Assembly (NCBI RefSeq): GCF_006345805.1
Contig: NC_043017.1
Coordinates: 30,194,001 to 30,258,000, forward strand
Source: Octopus sinensis
Taxonomy: Eukaryota
Direction of reading: 5' to 3'
Length of the DNA stretch: 64,000 nucleotides
In this document: in pieces, positions 52,961 to 64,000 of the stretch
Layout: the number at the start of each line of letters is the position of its first letter
Numbering within the stretch: the first letter of the stretch is position 1
Position numbers and translations under genes: made by a program
Notes under the pieces: generated by a model
What the model was told of the DNA's origin: nothing
The model's input: the letters and a program-made list of their open reading frames with translations, nothing else
Database searches by the model: none

Positions 52961-53356
52961 TTATATATAAAAGTGAAGTTGTGTGTCTGTCTCCTACGAT
53001 TTAGATCCCTAACTACTCCCACATTTTGCGGTGCAGTTTAACCAATAGCAGGTATCTTATAGTCGTGATTCATATCGAGCCCTTCTGGGTATTAGCGCGC
53101 GTCTACGATGTGTCTACGATTTAAAAAAAAATTACCATAATTTTTTTCCATTTTAATGCATTTTTTTCGCTATTAAAAAAAGGGAAGTAACTCTCTAAAA
53201 ATGTCTACGATGAGTCAACGATTTAAAAAAAAAATTACCATCATTTTTTTTCCATTTTCAATGCATTTTTTTGCTATTTTTTGGCTCTCACTCTCTAAAA
53301 ATGCTTATAGAGTTATTTCCCTTAGAAACTCGAGCAACGCTGGCCGATACTGATAG
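52961..53356 (+). mobile_element. Non-autonomous Helitron, head-to-tail with the previous copy
   Basis: Begins ttatatataaaagtgaag directly after CTAG; ends ...gatactgatag. Confidence 0.8.
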
Positions 53357-53363
53357 TTCATAT

Positions 53364-53530
53364 ATACGAGGTGGTGCTAGTTCGTTGGGATCAGTTAATT
53401 ATATTTTTATTCACATTGTACTCCTCTCTCAGATTTACAGACTTTTTGCAGCTGTCCACTATTTTTTCTAAGCCCTGTGAAATAACTCGATAATTTGGAC
53501 CTCCTACCGCCCATTTGGCGATACCCATAG
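53364..53530 (-). mobile_element. Possible mariner-like terminal fragment
   Basis: TA-tacgaggtggtg start resembles mariner TIRs; strongly degenerate. Confidence 0.35.
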
Positions 53531-53577
53531 AGACAAGAACATTCTAGTGCCCTCCCTCCGTATGTGCATGTACATAT

Positions 53578-53800
53578 ATCTTTACCCTTTTACCCTTTTA
53601 CTCTTTTACTTGTTTCAGTCATTTGACTGCGGCCATGCTGGAGCATCGCCTTCAGTCGAACAAATCGACCCCGGGACTTATACTTTGTAAGCCCAGGACT
53701 TATTTTTCTGTCTCTTTTGCCGAACCGCTAAATGACGGGGACGTAAACACACCAGCATCGGTTGTCAAGCAATGCTAGGGAGACAAACACAGACACACAA

Positions 53801-53835
<35 letters not shown>

Positions 53836-54006
53836 CATATACACGACAGGCTTCTTTCAGTTTCCGTCTACCAAATCCACTCACAAGGCTTTGGTCGGCC
53901 TGAGGCTATAGCAGAAGACACTTGCCCAAGATGCCACGCGGTGGGACTGAACCCGGAACCATGTGGTTGATTAGCAAGTTACTTACCACACAGCCACACC
54001 TGCGCC
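53578..54006 (-). mobile_element. SINE family A
   Basis: Full structure. Confidence 0.9.
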
Positions 54007-54252
54007 TATATATATATATATACTTATGACATGTTCAGTTCTGAACATCGTGGAGTGCAGTATAAAGCTTGTCCAACTTCTGATTACAAGCTTTGCTACA
54101 CATTAGTAATATTACACGAAACTTTATGTTGTTTGCGTTTGTGCATCTGTCGCACGAAAATTGATTGTTTAAAAAAAATTGAGTCACCATAAAGGAGTAC
54201 ATTTGGACAATTTTTTCAACCTTTTCAAGAGTGATAGGAAAGAAATGACCAA

Positions 54253-55090
54253 CATCATCATCATCATTGTTCGACTGTTGTCGAGACAATGGAATTTACC
54301 ATGCTACGCCAGACTTGTTGATGGATGCCTGTATCCTTGGAGATTACATCAGGGTAGGAGAGTGTGCGCCCTCTGGTATTGCGAATAGATGGCTTCCAGG
54401 AGAGAAGAGTAAAAATTACCCCGTTTTCAGCTCTACAACAATGTCCAGCAAACTGGACTCTTCTACCTTTCACAAGAGATGACACAGGTGGTAGTTTGCC
54501 ATATATTTTCATTTTGGTTGGATGGCGCTTCCACGAGAGATTTTGAGCTCTCATAAGGAGGCGAGCGTAGGTTCCCTCCAACCGCCTCTCAAGCTTCTTT
54601 GATAACGTCCAGGTTTCTGAGCCATATAGTAGAATTGGTTCGACTGTGGCTTTGAATATTTCAAGTTTGAAGTCTCTACTTAGATTTGATGACCAGATCT
54701 TATGCATGTCATTACAGGCTGACCAGGCCATACCCTTTCTAGTTGGAAATCTTTTACAGATGGTGATATGTATGACCCAGATATTTGTAATCAGAAACCA
54801 TATTTAAGGGCGCATTGTTGAGAGTATGGATGATGCAATCACTGTTGGACAGGCACTTGTTTATGTATTCAGTTTTGGCCTCATTGATGTATAGACCTAC
54901 AAACTTTGAGGCTTGTTCAAGAGATTATAAAAGAGACTGGGCATTGGAGAGAGAATCACTGATAAGAGCGATGTCGTCATCAAAGTCAGTGTCTGTCAAG
55001 TACTCAGCTGGGTGTCTGGAACTTCTTGGTATTATTTCAAAGCCCTTGCCAGAGATGGCAGCAACTGACATACGTAGCACATAATCAACA
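54253..55090 (-). mobile_element. Decayed RTE-type LINE, 5'-truncated within RT
   Basis: DYVLR...YLTDTDFDDDIALISDS (FADD-like) and ILLYGSETWT...VQFAGHC; (GAT)n tail at 54253-54268. Confidence 0.9.
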
Positions 55091-55104
55091 GTACTCAACA
55101 ATGA

Positions 55105-56190
55105 CCAACAGGGCACTGTCTTGGGGCCACTGCTGTTCATAGTGGCCCTTTCAGACATGCCTTCAGTTACTACGATGTCCACCCTTACTAGCTATGCAGA
55201 TGACACAAATGTTTCCCACACAATACAAAACCCTGAAAATATTGCGCATCTGCGACAGGAGTTGGATAAAATATACAGGTGAGCGGAGGACAACCACATG
55301 CAGCTTAATGCAGGTAAGTTCCAGGCCCTGCGTTACTGGCACACAAAAGTAAACGACGTGCAGACTGAATACACTGGCTTAGGAAGAATTGCAATCCCCT
55401 GAGTCAAAATCAGTGCGTGACCTGGGCATTGACATGAGCAATGATGCATCTTTCCAAGTGAATATTACTAATCTGGTGATAAAATGCAGACGGCAAGCTG
55501 GATGGATTCTCCGAACTTTAAGAACGAGAGAGAAGGAGACAGTGATGGTCCTGTGGAAAACATTCGTCCTCAGCCGCTTGGACTACTGCTCCCAACTATG
55601 GTCACCACACAATATAAAACTAACAGCAGAACTCGAAGCAATTCAGAGAAGCTACACAAAGAAGATCGTCTTAATGCAAAATATCAGCTACTGCGAAAGA
55701 CTGAAAGTATTAAAACTCTTCTCCCTAGAGCGGAGGCGGGAGAGATATGCGGTGATATACATCTGGAAAATCCTGGAGGCTCTTATCCCAAACTTTGGCA
55801 TTCAAAGTTACCCCAACCGCAGAACGGGGCGCCACTGCATGGTGTCAAAGATTCCAACATCACCATCAAAATACAGGACCAGATACTGCAACAGCTTGGG
55901 TTTCAGAGGACCACAGCTCTTTCACATCTTCCCTAAATGCCTGAGAGACTTACATGGTGTGGATGTGGGTTTCTTTAAAACTAAACTGGATCTCCTCTTG
56001 TCGGGAGTCCCAGATTAACCTACCTCACGATAGGACAAGCAGATGCGGGCAGCAGCATCGAACTCTCTTGTTGATCAAGTGCCACGTATCAGAGGTGGAT
56101 TCACAAATTAGTGTAGCTCATTCAGCGGTGGTGCCCCCCAGCTTGGCCGCGGCCTTCGGGCTAAAACATTTTAAAAAAGATTTTAAGGAT
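55105..56190 (+). mobile_element. Decayed CR1-group LINE, 5'-truncated within RT
   Basis: QGTVLGPLLF...SYADDT...VRDLGI...SRLDYCSQLWSP...LERRRERY; stop near 55278 and a frameshift. Confidence 0.9.
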
Positions 56191-56223
56191 ATATATATAT
56201 ATAGTGAAGGCTGGTGGTTACCG

Positions 56224-56302
<79 letters not shown>

Positions 56303-56654
56303 TACGTTCACATAAAAATGCATGTAGATACATATTAACAGCTAAACGCATGCACAGCATACAATAAAATGTAAAGCTGACATACAATCGCATACACACA
56401 CGCGTACATATTTGTTTATTTTTATATAGCAAATTGCATTAAAATTATTACCTGTGTATCGGTTTATATTAAAGGACTCTCACGTGATTTACAACTATAG
56501 AGAAGATTTTTTCGTTATTGCTGTTGTTTTTTTAATTGAATTTGAAATTCTGACTATTTCTAGATCCCGCTTTACTTCACTTTGTGTCCTTGAAACGAAT
56601 TCACAAATTATTTTCATCTAGTGTATACAATAGCAATAAATTACATTAATGTTT

Positions 56655-56709
<55 letters not shown>

Positions 56710-56974
56710 TAAATTAAGTTTACTCATATTTTAATTTGGAATTATTTTCATTGCACCAATATTCTTTGCTGCCGAAATCCTGATATAATTGATTTTGATA
56801 TTGCAGGCAGTTATCAAAACTAATTGCATTATAAATATATGAAATCCTATTTAGTAATATCACCAAAGTTTGTTTCGTTGCAATTCGATAAAAACTTACG
56901 AGATTGACATAGAAGAAAAGCAAATGTTGAACTCAATCTAGAATTAGGTTTCAAAGGAATATTTTTCTTAAGAC

Positions 56975-57356
56975 TGTGGATGGATGGAAGCACTCCGTCG
57001 GTTACGACGACGAGGGTTCCGGTTGATCCGATCAACGGAACAGCCTGCTCGTGAAATTAACGTGTAAGTGGCTGAGCACTCCACAGACACGTGTACCCTT
57101 AACGTAGTTCTCGGGGGTATTCAGCGTGACACAGAGAGTGACAAGGCCGGCCCTTTGAAATACAGGTACAACAGAAACAGGAAGTAAGAGTGAGAGAAAG
57201 TTGTGGTGAAAGAGTACGGCAGGGATCACCACCATCCCCTGCCGGAGCTTCATGGAACTTTAGGTGTTTTCGCTCCATAAACACTCACAACTCCCGGTCT
57301 GGGAATCGAAACCGCGAGTCCGCTGCCCTAGCCACTGGGCCATTGCACCTCCACCA
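56975..57356 (-). mobile_element. SINE family C, full length
   Basis: 7-bp TSD ttaagac; (TCCA)n tail. Confidence 0.9.
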
Positions 57357-57519
57357 TTAAGACCGTAGCTCCTGACGCACAGGTGCACTGTTACTTCTTT
57401 GTACCTATTATTGCTTACTTGGAACCCTTTTTCATATTATACTTACTTAGTTATAAGCCATCACAGTGAACTCAATATGAATAATTCTAGTTTTAAAACT
57501 AGGACAACTCATTTTCATT

Positions 57520-58018
<499 letters not shown>

Positions 58019-58197
58019 AAAAACAGAAAACAATTAAACATAATAGGTGCATGCATGGATGTGTAATGAAATGTTTTCCTCCCAGCTACATGTCTGGTAT
58101 CACTCTTACTGCGTAACCTCTGGTCGTCCAAATCCTGTTGAATAGATTTAATACACGGGAACATAAAGACGCCCGTCGTATATTCGTGAGTTTGCAT

Positions 58198-58570
58198 ACT
58201 CTTTTACTCTTTTATTTGTTTCAGTAATTTGACTGCGGCCATGCTGGAGCACCGCCTTTAGTCGAGCAAATCGATCCCGGGACTTATTCTTTTGTAAGCT
58301 CAGTACTTATTCTATCGGTCTCTTTTGCCGAACCGCTAAGTTACGGGGACATAAACACACCAGCATCGGTTGTCAAGCAATGCTAGGGGGACAAACACAG
58401 ACACACAAACACATACACGCATACATATATACGACAGGCTTCTTTCAGTTTCCGTCTCCCAAATCCACTCACAAGTCTTTGGTCGGCCCGAGGCTATAGT
58501 AGAAGACACTTGCCCAAGGTGCCACGCAGTGGGACTGAACCCGGAACCATGTGGTTGATAAACAAGCTAC
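58198..58570 (-). mobile_element. SINE family A
   Basis: Near-full structure. Confidence 0.9.
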
Positions 58571-59109
58571 TATTTACGTGTTTTGCGTTTTCGTTTGTTC
58601 CCCTACCGCTTGGTAACTGATGTTGGTTTTTTTACATCCTCGTCACTTTGCCACTCGGGGAAAAAGGGGGACTGATATAAGTATCAACCTTCAGAAAAAT
58701 GAAGCAATTGGGTGAATTTGTTTGAGTAAACACTTGAAATTTTGCTGTCCCTTGATTGAAGCAGGTAAGAAATACGTGAAGGGAGAGACGAGAATGAGAG
58801 CGACGACGGGAATACCATCTTGTACATAGAGTAAGAAATTTAGCCATTATAACGTTCCTAGTATTACTAGTGTTGAACCACCACCCCACCATCGATTACC
58901 TTTTATTAAAGGAAAACCTGACTGTGGTTATTGTAAAATTTGACACATTGCAAGAGCGACAACGTAGTTACGCGACAGTTAATGAGCGATCAAATTATTA
59001 ATCAGCTGTGTGTTAAATCGACCATATAATTTCTCAAAATTACGATACCGAAATTGATGTAAGGTTATAATATTTGATTGTAGTAGCTGCGTTGAGATTC
59101 TTAGAAACA

Positions 59110-59242
59110 AATATGTACACACACACAAACACGCACAGAGCCAGACACATACAGAGGGAGAAACACACATGTGTGTGTATACACACACACACACATACAT
59201 ACACATACATACATATACATACACACACACACATATATACAT

Positions 59243-59277
<35 letters not shown>

Positions 59278-59858
59278 CATATATACATACACACACATAC
59301 ACATATATACATACACACACATACACATATATACATACACACACACATATACATACACACACACACACACATATACATACACACACACACACATATATAC
59401 ATACACACACACACACATATATACATACACACACACACACATATATACATACACACACACACACTATATACATACACACACACATACATACACACACACA
59501 CATATACATACACACATATACATACACACACACACACATATATACATACACACACACACATACATATACACACACACATATACACACACACACATATACA
59601 CACACACACATACACACACACACATATATACACACACACACATATACACACACACACATATACACACACACACATATATATATACACACACACACATATA
59701 TATACACACACACACACATATATACACACACACACATATATATACACACACACACATATATATACACACACACACACACATATATACACACACACACACA
59801 CATATATACACACACACACACATATATATACACACACACACATATATACACACACCAC

Positions 59859-59926
<68 letters not shown>

Positions 59927-59930
59927 CTAT
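59110..59930. repeat. About 820-bp compound (CA)/(TA) tract
   Basis: Direct reading; source of the 250-300 aa artefact ORFs. Confidence 0.95.
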
Positions 59931-60454
59931 ATTCGAATTTTGAATAATCGTGAGAGTTGCAGTTGATTGAGTTGTTCTCTTCTCAAAACCGTGGCCACAA
60001 ACAAGTAGCTAACATCTCGTCGACTATGTTCACTTAGTGAAAATATCGCATCGCGTCATTAGCTTTATGAATATTTTATTAAAGACTTACTGTGATCATC
60101 AGTAACGCTTTTAGGATTTATATAGCGGTTTTATTCAATTACAGCGAAACAACATCAATCTAGACTCGACCCGTATATAGATTAATCGAAATTCTATATT
60201 TAAATAGAAAAAAAACTGATTTACCATTTTTGCATTATTTCATTGTTGTTCAGAAAAGAGGATTAGAAAAAAATTGTGAAGATCTCGGAGGCATAGACGA
60301 ACTTCCAGTTTCACCGGCGTTTAAATTGCTTTTCATAGATCTACGTACCACACACTCAGGCACTAGTAACTAGTTCGTAGATTTTGGCATTTTGGTAGCC
60401 GAATGGGCATTGACCCCGCTTTAACCCGGCGAGAATGTTACCAGCTTCACCTCT

Positions 60455-60490
<36 letters not shown>

Positions 60491-60767
60491 TGAAAGGACA
60501 TACTAGGTATGTCAACCTGCTTGAAATAACAGTCAAAACTCTTATTAAGTCACCAAAAATACACCGGTGAAAACTACAGAAATCAAACGAAGACAAAATC
60601 AGGTTAAGACAATCTACTAACATACATTTAAGTATTTGGACTCATGTGGATCGATTTCTGCATTGGTATAATAAAACCTTAGCTTCTTTAGCACGAGTTA
60701 CCATGATTATATGTTGAACATTGAGATATATAGGCGGCATGCATGTATAAAATTGTCACATACTCAC

Positions 60768-60901
60768 CAACTTCTGGTCGCATCCTCTTTAGTCTACGCT
60801 TACAGTATCTACAACTACATCCAATATGGCATCTCATAGGTTTTGTATGCAGCAATGTGCCAATATAGAGGTGGTCGTTAATCCATCCCATATGAAAATC
60901 C
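60768..60901 (-). CDS. Candidate exon, Cys/His cluster (DFHMGWINDHLYIGTLLHTKPMRCHIGCSCRYCKRRLKRMRPEV)
   Basis: Acceptor ctttactcttcactgcttag, donor G|gtgagta, only one frame open over 134 nt. Confidence 0.4.
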
Positions 60902-61697
60902 CTAAGCAGTGAAGAGTAAAGCCTTTACCCATTCTGGATTTGAAATACTAATTTTGACCGATATCATCTCTGCATTTTTACTCTAATTGACGCGAATATT
61001 TCGCTGATGTTCTTCCAAAATCACAGCCAAAAGCGAAGTGGAATGAGGTTATGTGTCTAATGATTAGTTTGGATATCTATCTCATCCATCATCTCGTCCA
61101 ACACCAGTACAATTCTGTTCGATACTTGTTTATCGTAAACACATCCACTTCTAGAGTCAGCAGGGTTTTCGCACTAACGATATTAACATTTTCTCTACCA
61201 CAGTTTCCCTACGCTTACAGATATATGAACGTGTAGACATATAGAAATACTTTCGAGCTGTCTGGTCCAGAATACTTAATATAATATACTGGCAATAAGA
61301 TCATATAATATATCAATGTCATTCCCATACAATAAGCACTAATATATTCCAAACTTGTATATATATATAAATACATATTTACTCAAAATATGCACCAGCA
61401 CAAATTATTCCAGTACATATCAGCATACCATATCAGAGCAAGTTCATTTGTAATACAATAAAAATCATGGTAAAAAATATAAGAATCGTTGGATATTGTT
61501 TTGCTTATTTGCTTTGTTTCACGTAATAAATCACACTGACAAAATATATATAATTCATAAACGTATCATGAAAAATATACATAAATTAAAAGTAATAAAT
61601 ATTTGCTTTTAATCGAGGTTCTAGCCGAGCAAAATTTTACGTGGCTGGTTTAGTTGATATCATCGAACCCTGCACTTCACATTTTATTTTCTAAACC

Positions 61698-61928
61698 TGT
61701 TTCTTTATTACCCACAAGGGGCTGAACACAGAGGGGACAAACAAGGACAGACAAACGGATTAAGTCGATTACATCGACCCCAGTGCGTAACTGGTACTTT
61801 ATTTATCGACCTTGAAAGGATGGAAGGCAAAGTCGACCTCGACGGAATTTGAACTCAGAACGTAACGGCAGACGAAATACCGCTAAGGATTTCGCCCGGC
61901 GTGCTAACGTTTCTGCCAGCTCGCCGCC
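61698..61928 (-). mobile_element. SINE family B, full length, young
   Basis: 11-bp TSD ttttctaaacc at 61687 and 61929. Confidence 0.92.
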
Positions 61929-62858
61929 TTTTCTAAACCCTGAATGGATGAATGTTAGAGTTTACTCCAAAGGGATTTCAAATTTGCTCTTGTAATTTCT
62001 GTTGATGTAGTTTCCGTAATTCATGTTGTTGCCCATGTTAGTTTTCTTGCCGTAGTTAGTTTTCTTGCTTTACAGTCGCTCTAATTAATTCTGTAGGGGC
62101 AAAATACCACTGTTGTTATTGCCACTGGTTTTGCTGGTGGCTTTGTTCCTGTATTGATTCTTTCAGCAGAATAACTAATCCTCCTTATCTTCTACTTTGC
62201 GGTGAACAGAAGGCATTAACATACGTTGAGGCAGCACACGAATGAGAACGTGACATTTTGGCCATCCACGACTACGGACCGATTTGTGCCATCTGGTAGA
62301 CTGATCAGGTCCGAGATACGTCCTATATTTTCTTGAACATTTCAATCAATATATCCATCCCTTAGCACGATCAACTCAGCCTAAAAAATTTTCCCGAACG
62401 GACGAATAGTTCAAAAGAGTTGCTAATTTGTGAGGATACTATTTGGCTTAAATATGAAACGGTTCAAACAAACCTTGTGCTCCAACATTAGGTCCGGTCT
62501 GTTATGCATTAGCACCTGGTCTTTTTAGATTGGGAAACCCCAGAGCATTTAGCTAGTATCCGATTCTGCCACTCTCTGCGGTCTGTGCTTATACCACGTC
62601 TTGTCTCACTCTAGCCCCCACTTTTCACAGTTTCAAAAGTAGCACTTCCGCTACCTGGTGGTTATTATGATTATTATTGTCTTTATGATCATTATCCTCC
62701 TCCTCATCATCATCATCATTATTATCAAGATGGAGAGTAGTTATCGATAGCATAGTCACCAGAATTGTACTGATACAATATTTTCTTACCATATGATAAT
62801 TTCAAGTATCAACATGAATTGATTGCCGAGAAATTTAATTCAATAATATTATATCATA

Positions 62859-63252
62859 CTAGCAGTATCGCCCGGCGTTGCTCGGGTTTGTAAGGGAAAT
62901 AAATATATAAGCATTTTTAGAGAGTTATAGCCAAAATATATAAAAAAATGCATTAAAAATGGAAAAAAATGTTAAATTCTTTTTTAATCGTTGACTCATC
63001 GTAGACGTTTTTAAAGTGTTACTTCCCTTTTTTAATAGCGAAAAAATGCATTAAAATGGAAAACAATTATGGTAATTTTTTTTTAAATCGTAGACTCATC
63101 GTAGACGCGCGCTAATACCCAGAAGGGCTCGATATGAATCACGACTATAAGATACCCGGTTTTGGTTAAACTGCACCGCAAAATGTGGGAGTAGTTAGGA
63201 ATCTAAATCGTAAGAGACAGACAGCACACAACTTCATTTTTATATATAAAGA
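62859..63252 (-). mobile_element. Non-autonomous Helitron, same family as 52961-53356
   Basis: Reverse strand TC...cccgagcaacgccgggcgatactgCTAG, A/T flanks. Confidence 0.85.
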
Positions 63253-63413
63253 TATTTTATTACCTTTTTTGGACCCTTTAGTGGAACCTTATGCTATTTC
63301 CGGTGCAGCCTCACAGGCATTCAGTACATTTCTTCTTCGATTTTAAGTAATCTAGAAACTTTCCTTCTACAGCTAAACTTGATCCGAACGTTGTAAATGA
63401 GAGTAGGTTTCCG

Positions 63414-63513
63414 AAGTAGTTACCCACTTTGAAGTGCTGAAAATGCCTATGAATACTCTCTTTCCTAAGTAGTTACCCACTTTGAAGTTCAGAAAATGTC
63501 TATGACTACTCTC
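63414..63513. repeat. 53-bp tandem duplication
   Basis: aagtagttacccactttgaagt...aaaatg.ctatga.tactctc twice. Confidence 0.9.
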
Positions 63514-63635
63514 AAAATACACTAACATATTAAGCGCACTCACACACAGAAGCACTTGTGCGTTGTGTAGGGTATATAATTTGCTGAAAGAAGGGAAATT
63601 TCATGTAGAAGATAACTCTGTGTTGCTTAAACTAA

Positions 63636-64000
63636 TCTCTCTATATATAAAGCTGAAGTTGTCTTTGTATGGAAGGTTTGGTAGCCTTCAACAAACACTA
63701 TCTCCTCCGACACCCTGCGTCACTAGTTCACCAAAATTGAGAGTATGATAGAAGAAGGTTTGCTTTTCCTTCCGTAGAAGAAAAAATTCAAATGGGACCA
63801 TGTTAACACCAAAAATTATTTACATCAAAAAGGTGCTTTTTTGGTATTTTAAATCCCTATTTTTTACGAATTTTTGACTGCTGTGTCGCCATTTTTCAGT
63901 GTATTTCAACCAGAAAAATCTTCACTTAAAAAGAATAACAAGCTACATAAAGCAACATTTTTACTTTTCAAAAGTTTCAATTCTAAAGGGTTGAAATAAC
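63636..64000 (+). mobile_element. Probable Helitron 5' portion running off the window
   Basis: a|tctctctatatataaagctgaagttgt start like the other Helitron 5' ends; 3' end not in window. Confidence 0.55.

Noticed and set aside
58690-58770. Strong + donor CAG|gtaaga
   Set aside because: Lies in a decayed SINE-like tail and upstream frames are closed
58979-59966. ORFs of 250-306 aa, and similar ones at 15-16, 32, 35-38 and 46-48 kb
   Set aside because: Translations of (CA)/(TA)/(TG) microsatellites that lack stops by composition

Overview
AT-rich, repeat-saturated animal genomic DNA. The SINE families, (TA)/(CA)/(GATA) microsatellite load and LINE types point to an octopus (coleoid cephalopod); this is my recognition, not a database result. 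There is no prokaryotic gene, CRISPR array, rRNA or intact tRNA, and almost all ORFs in the track are microsatellite or SINE artefacts. Supported content: three tRNA-headed SINE families (about 25 copies, several with target-site duplications), decayed RTE and CR1 LINE fragments, an R4/Dong C-terminal fragment in (TAA)n, five non-autonomous Helitrons, a putative Penelope-like repeat with two hammerhead-like motifs, and a local inverted duplication (16.2-19.1 kb). Splice signals and chained phases suggest a small five-exon minus-strand gene at 3.0-5.8 kb with no homologue I recognise, carrying a hairpin at an intron start. A few isolated candidate exons occur elsewhere. Gene calls are tentative, and repeat boundaries are approximate to about 10 bp.
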